A DNA stretch of 64,000 nt from Eledone cirrhosa (Eukaryota): assembly GCA_964016885.1 (NCBI GenBank), contig OZ024743.1:243040001-243104000 (forward strand). Reading direction: 5' to 3'. Below, in pieces: positions 40,106 to 53,437 of this stretch (its first letter is position 1; the number at the start of each line of letters is the position of its first letter). Under the pieces are notes generated by a model. It had not been told where the DNA came from. It did not search any database and saw only the letters and a list, made by a program, of their open reading frames with translations. The position numbers and the translations under genes were made by a program.

Positions 40106-42824
40106 CCATCCTAGGGTCTGTAATCACCTTTTCAACTTATCCTAGGGTCTGTAATGACCCGTGCAACCCATCCTAGGGTCTGTAATGACCTGTTCAACCT
40201 ATCCTAGAGTCTGTAACGACCTTTTCAACCCATCCTAGGGTTTGTTATGACCTGTTCAACCCATCCTAGGGTTTGTAATGACCTTTCCAAACCACCCTAG
40301 GGTCTGTAATGACCTGGTCAACCCATCATAGGGTCTGTAATGATCTGTTCAACCCATCATAGGGTCTGTAATGACCTATTCATCCTATCCAAAGGTTTGT
40401 AATGACCAGTTCAAGCCATCCTAGGGTCTGTAACGACCTGTTCAACCTATCCTAGGGTCTTTAAAGACCCGTTTAACCCACCCTATGGTCTGTAATGACC
40501 TGTTCAACCTATCCTAGAGTCTGTAATGACCTGTTCAACCCATCCTAGGGTCTGTCATGACATGTTTAACCCACCCTAGGGTCTGTAATGACCTGTTCAA
40601 CCTATCCTAGGGTCTCTAATGACCTGTTCAACCCATCCTAGCATCTGTAATCACCTGTTTAACCTGTCCTAGGGTTTTTAATGACTCGTTCAATCCACCC
40701 TATGGTCTTAAATGACCTGTTCAACCCACCCTAGGGTCTGTAATCACCTTTTCAACCCATCCTAGGGTCTGTAATGACCTGTTCAACCTATCCTAGGGTC
40801 TGTAACAACATGTTCAACACATCCTAGGGTCAGTAACGACCTGTTCAACCCATCCTAGGGTCTGTAATGACCTGTTCAATCCACTCTAGGGTCTGTAATC
40901 ACCTGTTCAACCCATCCTAGCGTCTGTAATGACCTGCTCAATCGATCCTATGGTCTATAATGACCTGTCCAATCCATCCTTGTGTCTGTAAAGACCTGTT
41001 TAACCCATCCTAGGGTCTGTAACGACCTGTTCAACCCATCCTAGGGTCTGTAATGACCTGTTCCACCCATGCTAGGGTCCCAAATGACCTGTTCAACCCA
41101 TCCTAGTGTCTGTAATGACCTTTTCAACATATCCTAGGGTCTGTAATGACCTGTTCACTCTATCCTAGGGTTTGTAATGACCTGCTCAATCCATCCTAGG
41201 GTCTGTAATAACCTGTTCAACCCATCCTTGTGTCTGTTATAACCTGTTTATCCCATCCTAGGGTCTGTAACGACCTGTTCAACCCATCCTAGGGTTCCTA
41301 ATGACCTGTTCCACCCATCTTAGGGTCTGTAATAAATGGTTCAACCTCTCCTAGGGTCTTTAATGACCTGTTCAACCTATCCTAGGGTCAGTAATGACCT
41401 GTTTAACCCATCCTAGTGTCTGTTACATCCTGTTCCACTCTTACTAGGGACTGTAACGACCTGTTTAACACACCCTAGGGTCTGTAATGACCTGTTCAAC
41501 CCACACTAGGGTCTGTAATGACCTGTTCAACCCACCATAGGGTCTGTAATGTACTGTTCAACCGATCCTAGTGTCTGTAATGACATGTTCAACTTATCCT
41601 AGGGTCTCTAATGACCTGTTCACCCCATCCTAGGGTCTGTATTGAGGTGTTCAATCCATCCTAGGGTCTGTAATTACCTGTTCAACCCACCCTAGGGTCT
41701 GTAATTACCTGTTCAACCCACACGAGGGTCTGTAATGACCTGTTCAACCCATCCTAGTGTCTGTAATGTCCTGTGCCACCCATCCTAGAGTCTGTAATGA
41801 CCTGTTCCACCGATGCTAGGGTCTGTAACAACATGTTCAACACATTCTAGGGTCTGTAATGACCTGTTCAATCCACCCTTTGTCTGTAATCACCTGTTCA
41901 ACCTATCCTAGGGTCTGTAATGACCCCTTCAACCCACCCTACAGTCTGTAATGACCTGTTCCACCCATCTTAGGGTCTGTAATAAATGGTTCAACCTCTC
42001 CTAGGGTTTTTAATGACCTGTTCAACCTATCCTAGGGTTAGTAATGACCTGTTCAGCCCATCCTAGGGTCTGTATTGACCTGTTCATTCCATCCTAGGGT
42101 CTGTATTGACCTGTTCATTCCATCCTAGGGTCTGTAAAGACCTGTTCAATCCATCCTAGGGTCTGTAATGACCTGTTCAACCCATCCTTGTGTCAGTAAT
42201 GACCTGTTTAACCCCTCCTAGTGTCTGTAACGACCAATTCAACCCATCCTAGGCTCTGTAATGACTTGTTCCACCCATCGTAGGGTACCTAAAGACCTGT
42301 TGAGCCCATCCTAGTGTCTGTAATAACCTGTTCAACCTATCCTAAGGTCTTTAATGACCTGTTCAACTCTTCCTAGGGTCTATAACGACCTGTTCAACAC
42401 ACCGTAGGGCCTGTTATGACCGGTTTAACCCATTCTAAGGTCTGTAATGACCTGTTCAACCCACCCTCAGATCAGTAATCACCTGTTCACCCTATCCTAG
42501 GGTCTGTAATGACCTGTTCAACCCACCCTAGGGTTTGTAATGACCTTTTCAACCCATCGTAGGGTCTGGAATGACCTGTTCAACGTATCCTAGGATCTGT
42601 AATGACTTGTTCAACCTATCCTAGGGTCTGTAATTACCTGTTCAACCTATCCTAGGGTCTGTAACAACCCCATCAACCCATCCTAGGGTCTGTTATGACC
42701 TGTTCAACCCACCCTAGTGTCTGTAATGCCCTGTTCAACCCACCTAGGGTCTGTTATGACCTGTTCAATCTATCCTAGGGTCTGTATTGACCTGTTCAAT
42801 CCATCCTAGGGTCTGTAATGACCT

Positions 42825-43396
42825 TTTAGCAGTAGCAAAGTTGAATAGTCGCCACTTTAACAGGGTAGATGATTGAAGGTCGTTAGTTGCCAGTGTGGTA
42901 AGTGATAGTATCCTCGTTGGATTATCTTGTCGACATAGACGTGAGGGAATGTCCCTCGATCTATTTACCATCTTTGTATTTACAACATTCCTTTCGTCAG
43001 GTCGCCAATTCCAGCAGCATGGATTATAGATGTTATTGAGACACGAGTAGCATAATAATGATTTCATCAGCAGAAATTAGAGATGAAATGTATGTTTATT
43101 TTTGATGTAGCACAAACAATGTTTCTTAACTTATATGGTCGAAGTTACAGATAAAAAGAGGTTACCAAAGGGAATGTGCCATTGTGCCGGCGAGGCTAGG
43201 GGTATAATCTCACCATTACATTATGGGTGTTGCTGGCTCGAAGTTCCTGATATAAGAGAGAGATTCTTCAAATCTTCGCGGGGAATTTCTTCCTCAAGGC
43301 GCGTAGGGATACCTCTTCTACTGGCGTTGATTGGCTTAACTGAGCCAGATCACGCACAGAGAATGTATGTGAGCCCGCGGAATGTAGGTCACTACA
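42825..43396 (-). mobile_element. Solo LTR, family A (572 bp), inverted relative to the 33196 element
   Basis: Reverse complement of 33196-33773, ending ...GGTCACTACA at 43396. ACCT duplicated at 42821-42824 and 43397-43400. Confidence 0.92.
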
Positions 43397-46329
43397 ACCT
43401 GATCAACCCACCCTAGGGTATGTAATGACCTGTTCAACCTATCCTAGGTTCTGTAATGACCTGTTCAACCTATCCTAGGGTCTGTAATGACCTGTTCAAT
43501 CCATCCTAGGATCTGTAATGACCTGTTCAACATATCGTTGTGTCTGTAATGACTTGTTCAGCCTATCCTAGGGTCTGTAATGACCTGTTCAACCCATCCT
43601 AGGATCTGTAATGTTCTGTGCCACCCAGCCTAGAGTCTGTAATGACCTGTTCCGTCCATGCTAGGGTCTGTAACAACATGTTCAACCTATCCTAGGGTCT
43701 GTAATGACGTGTTCAACCCATCCTAGGATCTGTAACAACCTGTTCAACTCTTCCTAGCGTCTGTAACGACCTGTTCAACACACCCTCGGTTCTGTAATGA
43801 CCTGTTCAACCCATCCTTGTGTTTGTTATGACCGGTTTAACCCATTCTAGGGTCTGTAATTACCTGTTCAACCCGACTTAGGGTATGTATTGACCTGTTC
43901 AATCCATTCTAGGGTCTGTAACGACCTGTTCAACCCACCCTAGGGTCTGTAATGACCTGTTCAAGCCATCCTAGGGTCTGTAATGACCTGTTCAAGCCAT
44001 CCTAGGGTCTGTAATGACCTTTTTAACCCATCCCAGAGTCTGTAATGACGTGTTCAACCCACACTAGGTTGGGTAATGACAATTTCAACGTATCCTAGGG
44101 TCTGTAATCTCCTGTTCAACCCATTCTAGGGTCTGTTATGACTTGTTCAGCCTATCCTAGAGTCTGTAATGTACTGTTCAACCCATCCTAGGGTCTGTAA
44201 TGACCACTTCAACCCACCCTAGGGTCTGTAATGCCCTGTTCCACCCATCATAGGGTCTGTTAGTAACTGTTCAACCTCTCCTAGGGTCTGTAATGCCCTG
44301 TTCAACCCATCCTTCTGTCTGTAATGACCTGTTTAACCCCTTCTAGGTTCTGTAAAGACGTGTACAACACATCCTAGGGTCTGTATTGACGTGTTCAATC
44401 CATCCTAGGGTCTGTAATGACCAGTTCAACCCACGCTATGCTCTGTAATTGCCTATTCAACGAACCCTAGGGTCTGTAATGACCTGTTCAACCTATCCTA
44501 GGGTCTGTAATGATTTGTTCAACCTATTCTAGGGTCTGTAATGTGTTGTTCAACCCATGCGAGGGTCTGTAATAACTTGCTAAACATATCCTAGGGTCTG
44601 TAATGACCTGTTCAACCTATCCTAGGGTCTGTAATGACCTGTTTAACCCATCCTAGGGTCTGTAATGACCTGTTCAACCCACCCTATGGTCTGTAACGAC
44701 CTGTTCAACCCATCCTAGGGTCTGTAATAACCTGTTCCACCCACCCTAGAGTCTTTAAGGACATGCTCAACCCATCCTAGGGTCTGTAATCACCTTTTCA
44801 ACCCATCCTAGGGTCTGTAATGACCTGTTCAACCCACCCTATGGTCTGTAACGACCTGTTCAACCCATCCTAGGGTCTGTAATAACCTGTTCCACCCACC
44901 CTAGAGTCTTTAAGGACATGTTCAACCCATCCTAGGGTCTGTAATCACCTTTTCAACCCATCCTAGGGTCTGTAATGACCTGTTCAAACCACCCTAGTGT
45001 CTGTAATGACCTGTTCAACCCATCCTAGGGTCTGTAATGACCTGTTCAAACTATCCTAGGGTCTGTAATGACCTGTTCAAACTATCCTAGGGTCTGTAAT
45101 GACCTGTTCAACCTATCCTAGGGTCTGTAATGACCTGTTCAACCTATCCTAGGGTCTGTAATGACCTGTTCAAACTATCCTAGGGTCTGTAATGACCTGT
45201 TCAACCCATCCTAGGATCTGTAATGGTCTATGCCGCCCATCCTAGGGTCTGTAACAAGATGTTCAACACATTCTAGGGCCTGTAACGACCTGTTCAACCC
45301 ATCCTAGGGTCTGTATTGACCTCTTCATCCCACCCTAGGGTCTGTAATGACCTGTTCAACCCACACTAGGTTCTGTAATGACAATTTCAACGTATCCTAG
45401 GGTCTGTAATCTCCTGTTCAACCCATGCTAGGGTCTGTTATGACTTTTTCAACCTATTCTAGAGTCTGTAATGACCTGTTGCACCCATGCTAGGGTCTGT
45501 AATGACCTGTTCAACCCATCCTAGGGTCAGTAATGAACTGTTCAACCTATCCTAGGGTCTGTAATGAACTGTTCAACCTCTCCTAGGGTCTGTAATGACC
45601 TGTTCAACCCATCCTAAGGACTGTAATGACCTGTTCAACACAGCCTTGTGTCTGTAATGACCTGTTTAACCCCTTCTAGGTGCTGTAACGACCTGTTCAC
45701 CACATCCTAGGGTCTGTATTGACCTGTTCACCACATCCTAGGGTCTGTATTGATGTGTTCAATCCATCCTAGGGTCTGTAATGACCTGTTCAACCCACCC
45801 TAGGGTCTTTAATGACCTGTTTAAGCTATCCTAGGGTCTGTAATGTCTTGTTCAACCAATGCTAGGGTCTGTAATGACTTGTTCAAACTATCCTAGGGTA
45901 TGTAATGTCCTGTTCACCCATCCTAGGGTGTGTAATGACCTGTTGCACCCATCCTAGTGTCTGTAATGAACTGTTCAACCTCCCCTAGGGACCCTAATGA
46001 CCTGATCAACTCTTCCTAGGGTCTGTAATGACCTGTTCAACCCACCCTATGGTCTGTAACGACCTGTTCAACCCATCCTAGGGTCTGTAACGACCTGTTC
46101 AACCCATCCTAGGGTCTGTAATAACCTGTTCCACCCACCCTAGAGTCTTTAAGGACATGTTCAACCCATCCTAGGGTCTGTAATGAACTATTCAACCTAT
46201 CCTAGGGTCTCTAATGACCTGTTCAGCCCATCCTAGGGTCTGTATTGACCTGTTCAATCTATCGTAGGGTCTGTAATGACCTGTTCAACCCACCCTAGAG
46301 TCTGTAATTACCTTTTCAACCTATCCTAG

Positions 46330-49300
46330 GGTCTGTAATGACCTGTTCAAACTATCCTAGGGTCTGTAATGACCTGTTCAACCCATCCTAGGGTCTGTAA
46401 TGACCTGTTCAACCTATCCTAGGATCTGTAATGGTCTGTGCCGCCCATCCTAGGGTCTGTAACAAGATGTTCAACACATTCTAGGGTCTGTAACGATCTG
46501 TTCAACCCATCCTAGGGTCTGTATTGACCTCTTCATCACACCCTAGGGTCTGTAATGACCTGTTCAACCCACCCTAGGGTCTGTAATCACCTGTTCAACC
46601 TATCCTAAAGTCTGTAATGACCTGTTCAACCCACCCTAGAGTCTGTAATCACCTTTTCAACCTATCCAAGGGTTTGTAATGACCTGTTCAACCCACACTA
46701 GGTTCTGTAATGACAATTTCAACGTATCCTAGGGTCTGTAATCTCCTGTTCAACCCATGCTAGGGTCTGTTATGACTTTTTCAACCTATTCTAGAGTCTG
46801 TAATGTCCTGTTCAACCCATCCTAGGGTCTGTAATGACCTGTTGCACCCATCCTAGGGTCTGTAATGAACTGTTCAACCTATCCTAGGGTCTGTAATGAA
46901 CTGTTCAACCTATCCTAGGGTCTGTAATGAACTGTTCAACTTCTCCTAGGGTCTGTAATGACCTGTTCAACCCATCCTAAGGACTGTAATGACCTGTTCA
47001 ACCCAGCCTTGTGTCTGTAATGACCTGTTTAACCCCTTCTAGGTTCTGTAACGACCTGTTCACCACATCCTAGGGTCTGTATTGACCTGTTCACCACATC
47101 CTAGGGTCTGTGTTGCCGTGTTCAATCCATCCTAGGGTCTGTAATGACCTGTTCAACCCACCCTAGGGTCTTTAATGACCTGTTTAACCTATCCTAGGGT
47201 CTGTAATGTCTTGTTCAACCAATGCTAGGGTCTGTAATGATTTGTTCAAACTATCCTAGGGTATGTAATGTCCTGTTCACCCATCCTAGGGTGTGTAATG
47301 ACCTGTTGCACCCATCCTAGTGTCTGTAATGAACTGTTCAACCCATCCTAGGGTCTGTAATGACCTGTTCAACCCATCCTAGGGTCTGTAATGACCTGTT
47401 CAACCCACCCTACGGTCTGTAACGACCTGTTCAACCCATCCTAGGGTCTGTAATTGACTGTTTAACCTATCCTAGTGTCTGTAATGAACTGGTCAACCTA
47501 TCCTAGGGACTCTAATGATCTGTTTACCCCATCCTAGGGTCTGTATTGACTTGTTCAACCCAACCTAGGGTCTGTAATGACCTGTTCATCCCATCCTAGT
47601 ATCTGTAATGTCCTGTGACACCCATCCTAGAGTCTGTAATGATCTGTTCTTCACATGCTAGGGAGTGTAACAGCATCTTCAACACATTCTAGTGTCTGTA
47701 ACGACCTGTTCAATCCACCCTAGTGACTGTAATGACCTGTTCAACCTATCTTAGGTTCTGTAATGACCTGTTCAACCCATCGTAGGGTCTGTAATGACTT
47801 CTTTCACCTTCCTAGGGTCTGTAATGAACTGTTCAACCTATCCTAGGTTCTTTAATGACCTGTTCAACCCACCCTAGGGTCTGTAATGACCTTTTCAACC
47901 CATCCTAGTCTCTGTAATGACGTTTTCAACCCATCCTAGGGTCTGTAATGACCTGTTCAACCCATTCTAGAGTCTGTAATGTGCTGTTCAACCCACCCTA
48001 ATGTCTGTAATCACCTGTTCAACCAATCCTAGGGTCTGTATTGACCTGTTCAATCTATCCTATGGTCTGTAATGACCGGTTCAACCCACCCTAGGGTGTG
48101 TAATGACCTTTTCAACCTATCCTAGGGTCTGTAATGACCTGTTCAACCTATCCTAGAGTTTGTAATGAAATGTTCAACCTCTCCTAGGGTCTGTAATGAC
48201 CTGTTCAACCTATCCCAGGGTCTGTAATGACGTGTTCAACCTATCCCAGGGTCTGTAATGACCTGTTCAACCTATCCCAGGGTCTGTAATGACCTGTTCA
48301 ACCTATCCCAGGGTCTGTAATGACCTGTTCAACCTATCCCAGGGTCTGTAATGACGTGTTCAACCTATCCCAGGGTCTGTAATGACCTGTTCAACCTATC
48401 CCAGGGTCTGTAATGACCTGTTCAACCTATCCCAGGATCTGTAATGACCTGTTCAACCTATCCCAGGGTCTGTAATGACGTGTTCAACCTATCCCAGGGT
48501 CTGTAATGACCTGTTCAACCTATCCCAGGGTCTGTAATGACCTGTTCAACCTATCCCAGGGTCTATAATGACCTGTTCAACCTATCCCAGGGTCTGTAAT
48601 GACCTGTTCAACCTATCCCAGGGTCTGTAATGACGTGTTCAACCTATCCCAGGGTCTGTAATGACCTGTTCAACCTATCCCAGGGTCTGTAATGACCTGT
48701 TCAACCTATCCCAGGGTCTGTAATGACCTGTTCAACCTATCCCAGGGTCTGTAATGACGTGTTCAACCTATCCCAGGGTCTGTAATGACCTGTTCAACCT
48801 ATCCCAGGGTCTGTAATGACCTGTTCAACCTATCCCAGGGTCTGTAATGACCTGTTCAAACTATCCTAGGGTCTGTAATGACCTGTTCAACCCATCCTAG
48901 GGTCTGTAATGACCTGTTCAACCTATCCTAGGATCTGTAATGGTCTGTGCCGCCCATCCTAGGGTCTGTAACAAGATGTTCAACACATTCTAGGGTCTGT
49001 AACGATCTGTTCAACCCATCCTAGGGTCTGTATTGACCTCTTCATCCCACCCTAGGGTCTGTAATGACCTGTTCAACCCACCCTAGGGTCTGTAATCACC
49101 TGTTCAACCTATCCTAAAGTCTGTAATGTCCTGTTCAACCTATCCTAGGGTCTGTAATGACCTGTTCAACCCACCCTAGAGTCTGTAATCACCTTTTCAA
49201 CCTATCCAAGGGTTTGTAATGACCTGTTCAACCCACACTAGGTTCTGTAATGACAATTTCAACGTATCCTAGGGTCTGTAATCTCCTGTTCAACCCATGC

Positions 49301-51410
49301 TAGGGTCTGTTATGACTTTTTCAACCTATTCTAGAGTCTGTAATGTCCTGTTCAACCCATCCTAGGGTCTGTAATGACCTGTTGCACCCATCCTAGGGTC
49401 TGTAATGAACTGTTCAACCTATCCTAGGGTCTGTAATGAACTGTTCAACCTATCCTAGGGTCTGTAATGAACTGTTCAACTTCTCCTAGGGTCTGTAATG
49501 ACCTGTTCAACCCATCCTAAGGACTGTAATGACCTGTTCAACCCAGCCTTGTGTCTGTAATGACCTGTTTAACCCCTTCTAGGTTCTGTAACGACCTGTT
49601 CACCACATCCTAGGGTCTGTATTGACCTGTTCACCACATCCTAGGGTCTGTGTTGCCGTGTTCAATCCATCCTAGGGTCTGTAATGACCTGTTCAACCCA
49701 CCCTAGGGTCTTTAATGACCTGTTTAACCTATCCTAGGGTCTGTAATGTCTTGTTCAACCAATGCTAGGGTCTGTAATGATTTGTTCAAACTATCCTAGG
49801 GTATGTAATGTCCTGTTCACCCATCCTAGGGTCTGTAATGACCTGTTGCACCCATCCTAGTGTCTGTAATGAACTGTTCAACCCATCCTAGGGTCTGTAA
49901 TGACCTGTTCAACCCATCCTAGGGTCTGTAATGACCTGTTCAACCCACCCTACGGTCTGTAACGACCTGTTCAACCCATCCTAGGGTCTGTAATTGACTG
50001 TTTAACCTATCCTAGTGTCTGTAATGAACTGGTCAACCTATCCTAGGGACTCTAATGATCTGTTTACCCCATCCTAGGGTCTGTATTGACTTGTTCAACC
50101 CAACCTAGGGTCTGTAATGACCTGTTCATCCCATCCTAGTATCTGTAATGTCCTGTGACACCCATCCTAGAGTCTGTAATGATCTGTTCTTCACATGCTA
50201 GGGAGTGTAACAGCATCTTCAACACATTCTAGTGTCTGTAACGACCTGTTCAATCCACCCTAGTGACTGTAATGACCTGTTCAACCTATCTTAGGTTCTG
50301 TAATGACCTGTTCAACCCATCGTAGGGTCTGTAATGACTTGTTTCACCTTCCTAGGGTCTGTAATGAACTGTTCAACCTATCCTAGGTTCTTTAATGACC
50401 TGTTCAACCCACCCTAGGGTCTGTAATGACCTTTTCAACCCATCCTAGTCTCTGTAATGACGTTTTCAACCCATCCTAGGGTCTGTAATGACCTGTTCAA
50501 CCCATTCTAGAGTCTGTAATGTGCTGTTCAACCCACCCTAATGTCTGTAATCACCTGTTCAACCAATCCTAGGGTCTGTATTGACCTGTTCAATCTATCC
50601 TATGGTCTGTAATGACCGGTTCAACCCACCCTAGGGTGTGTAATGACCTTTTCAACCTATCCTAGGGTCTGTAATGACCTGTTCAACCTATCCTAGAGTT
50701 TGTAATGAACTGTTCAACCTCTCCTAGGGTCTGTAATGACCTGTTCAACCTATCCCAGGGTCTGTAATGACGTGTTCAACCTATCCCAGGGTCTGTAATG
50801 ACCTGTTCAACCTATCCCAGGGTCTGTAATGACCTGTTCAACCTATCCCAGGGTCTGTAATGACCTGTTCAACCTATCCCAGGGTCTGTAATGACGTGTT
50901 CAACCTATCCCAGGGTCTGTAATGACCTGTTCAACCTATCCCAGGGTCTGTAATGACCTGTTCAACCTATCCCAGGATCTGTAATGACCTGTTCAACCTA
51001 TCCCAGGGTCTGTAATGACGTGTTCAACCTATCCCAGGGTCTGTAATGACCTGTTCAACCTATCCCAGGGTCTGTAATGACCTGTTCAACCTATCCCAGG
51101 GTCTGTAATGACCTGTTCAACCTATCCCAGGGTCTGTAATGACCTGTTCAACCTATCCCAGGGTCTGTAATGACGTGTTCAACCTATCCCAGGGTCTGTA
51201 ATGACCTGTTCAACCTATCCCAGGGTCTGTAATGACCTGTTCAACCTATCCCAGGGTCTGTAATGACCTGTTCAACCTATCCCAGGGTTTGTAATGACGT
51301 GTTCAACCTATCCCAGGGTCTGTAATGACCTGTTCAACCTATCCCAGGGTCTGTAATGACCTGTTCAACCTATCCCAGGGTCTGTAATGACCTGTTCAAC
51401 CTATCCCAGG
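46330..51410 (+). repeat. Higher-order tandem duplication, unit ~2.5 kb (~81-82 monomers), two near-identical copies; an older partial copy lies at ~45170-46330
   Basis: ATGGTCTGTGCCGCCC at 46431 and 48940 (offset 2509). The rare variant GGGAGTGTAACAGCATC occurs at 47661 and 50201. A diverged ATGGTCTATGCCGCCC occurs at ~45223. Confidence 0.9.
48210..48840 (+). repeat. Homogeneous run (~20 copies) of variant monomer CCTATCCCAGGGTCTGTAATGACCTGTTCAA; second copy at ~50750-51410
   Basis: Every monomer carries CCCAGG in place of CCTAGG; a GACGTG variant recurs at 48229, 48353, 48477, 48632 and 48756. Confidence 0.92.
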
Positions 51411-53098
51411 ATCTGTAATGACTTGTTCAACCTATCCAAGGGTCTGTAATGTCCTATTCAACCCATCTTAGGGTCTGTAACGACCTGTTCACCCCATCAT
51501 AGGGTCTGTATTGACCTGTTCAATCCATCCTAGAGTCTGTAATTACCTGTTCAACCCATCCTAGGGTCTGTAATGACCTGTTCAACCTATCCTAGGATCT
51601 GTAATGACTTGTTCAACCCATCCTAGGGTTTGTAATGTCTTGTTCAACCCATGCTAGGGTCTGTAATAACTTTTTCAAGCTATCCTAGGGTCTGTAATGT
51701 CCTGTTCAGCCTATCCTAGGGTCTGTAATGACCTGTTGAACCCATCCTAGGGTCTATAATGTCCTGTGCAACCCATCCTAGAGTCTGTAATGACCTGTTC
51801 CGCCCATGCTAGGGTCTGTAACAACATGTTCAACACATTCTGGGGTCTGTAACGACCTGTTCAACCCATCCTAGGCTCTGTAATGACCTGTTCAATCCAT
51901 CCAAGGGTCTGTAATGAACAGTTCAACCCATCCTTGTGTCTGTTATGACCTTTTTAACCCATCCTAGGGTCTGTAACTACCTGTTCAACTCACGCTAGGG
52001 TCTGTAATGATCTGCTCAACTCACCCTAGGATCTGTAATGACCGGTTCAACCCATCCTAGGGTGTGCAATGGACTGTTCAACCTATCCTAGTGTATGTAA
52101 TGACCTGTTCACCCTATCCTAGGGTCTCTAATGACCTGTTCAATCCATCCTAGGGTCTGTAATGACCTGTTCAACGTATCCTAGGATCTGTAATGACTTG
52201 TTCAACCAATCCTAGGGTCTGTAATGACCTGTTCAACCCACACTAGGGTCTGTAATGACTTTTTCAACCCATCCTAGGTTCTTCAATGACCTGTTCAAAC
52301 CACCCTAGGGTATGTAATGACCTGTTCAACCCACCCTAGGGTCTGTAATTGCCTTTTCAACCCACCCAGGGGTATATAATGACCTGTTCAACCCACCCTA
52401 GGGTCTGTAATTGCCTTTTCAACCCACGCTAGGGTCTGTAATGACTTGTTCAACCTATTCTAGGTTCTGTAATGTTCTGTTCAACCCATCCTAGGGTCCC
52501 TAATGACCTGTTCAACCCATCCTAGTGTTTGTAATGACCTGTTCAACCCACCCTAGGGTCTGTAATGACTTGTTCAACCCTTCCTTGGATGAGTAATTAA
52601 CTGTTCAACCTATCCTAGTGTCTGTAATGACCTGTTCAACCTATCCTAGGGTCTCTAATGACCTGTTCAACCTATCCTAGGGTCTCTAATGACCTGTTCA
52701 ATCCATCCTAGGGTCTGTAATGACCTGTTCAACCTATCCTAGGGTCTCTAATGACCTGTTCAATCCATCCTAGGGTCTGTAATGACCTGTTCAACCTCTC
52801 CTAGGGTCTGTAATGACCTGTTCAACCCACACGAGGGTCTGTAATGACTTTTTCAACCCATCCTAGAGTCTGTAATGACCTGTTCAACCCACACTAGGGT
52901 CTGTACTCACTTGTTCAAGTTATCCTAGGGTCTGTAATGTCCTTTTCAATCCATGCTAGGGTCTGTAATGACTTGTTCAACCTATCCTACGGTCTGTAAT
53001 ATCCTGTTCAACCTCTCCTAGGGTCTGTAATGTCCTGTTCAACCCATCCTAGGATCTGTAATGACCTGTTCAACCCACACGATGGTCTGTAATGACCT

Positions 53099-53437
53099 TA
53101 TAGGGAAGATACTGGGTTGTATGAACGTAACAAGGAGGCTTTGTTTGTGTGTATAATATTTAATTAACAATCATGGATATATATAGAACAGTATAGTTGA
53201 ACATGTCAAAGAAATAGATGATAGAATGAAACAAAGTTAGTAGTTACCGTTTTGATTGCCAGGCAAAGCGAGACGCCTGGTGAAGGCCAGGTGCCGGAAG
53301 GGCAAATGAGAAGGAGAGAGCCGAAGGCTATTCATTTTATAGGGCTCTGCCGGAAGTTACAGAAAGGGTTCTTCTTCCCGTCTAGATGTTGTTAATCTAT
53401 TGGGATTGTGAGTCACAACAAGGTGACAAACGCTACA
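53099..53437 (-). mobile_element. Solo LTR, family B (339 bp)
   Basis: Termini TATAGG...CGCTACA (reverse complement TGTAGCG...CCTATA). ACCT duplicated at 53095-53098 and 53438-53441. Shares blocks such as AAAGTTAGTAGTTACCGTTTTGATTGCCAGGCAAA with the reverse complement of 38908-39257. Confidence 0.88.

Noticed and set aside
33167-43416. Short ORFs recurring three times (MVEVTDKKRL..., MKSFL.YSCLNN...)
   Set aside because: They are translations of the three family A LTR copies, run across LTR/satellite junctions, are broken by frameshifts or stops between copies, and show no recognisable motif.
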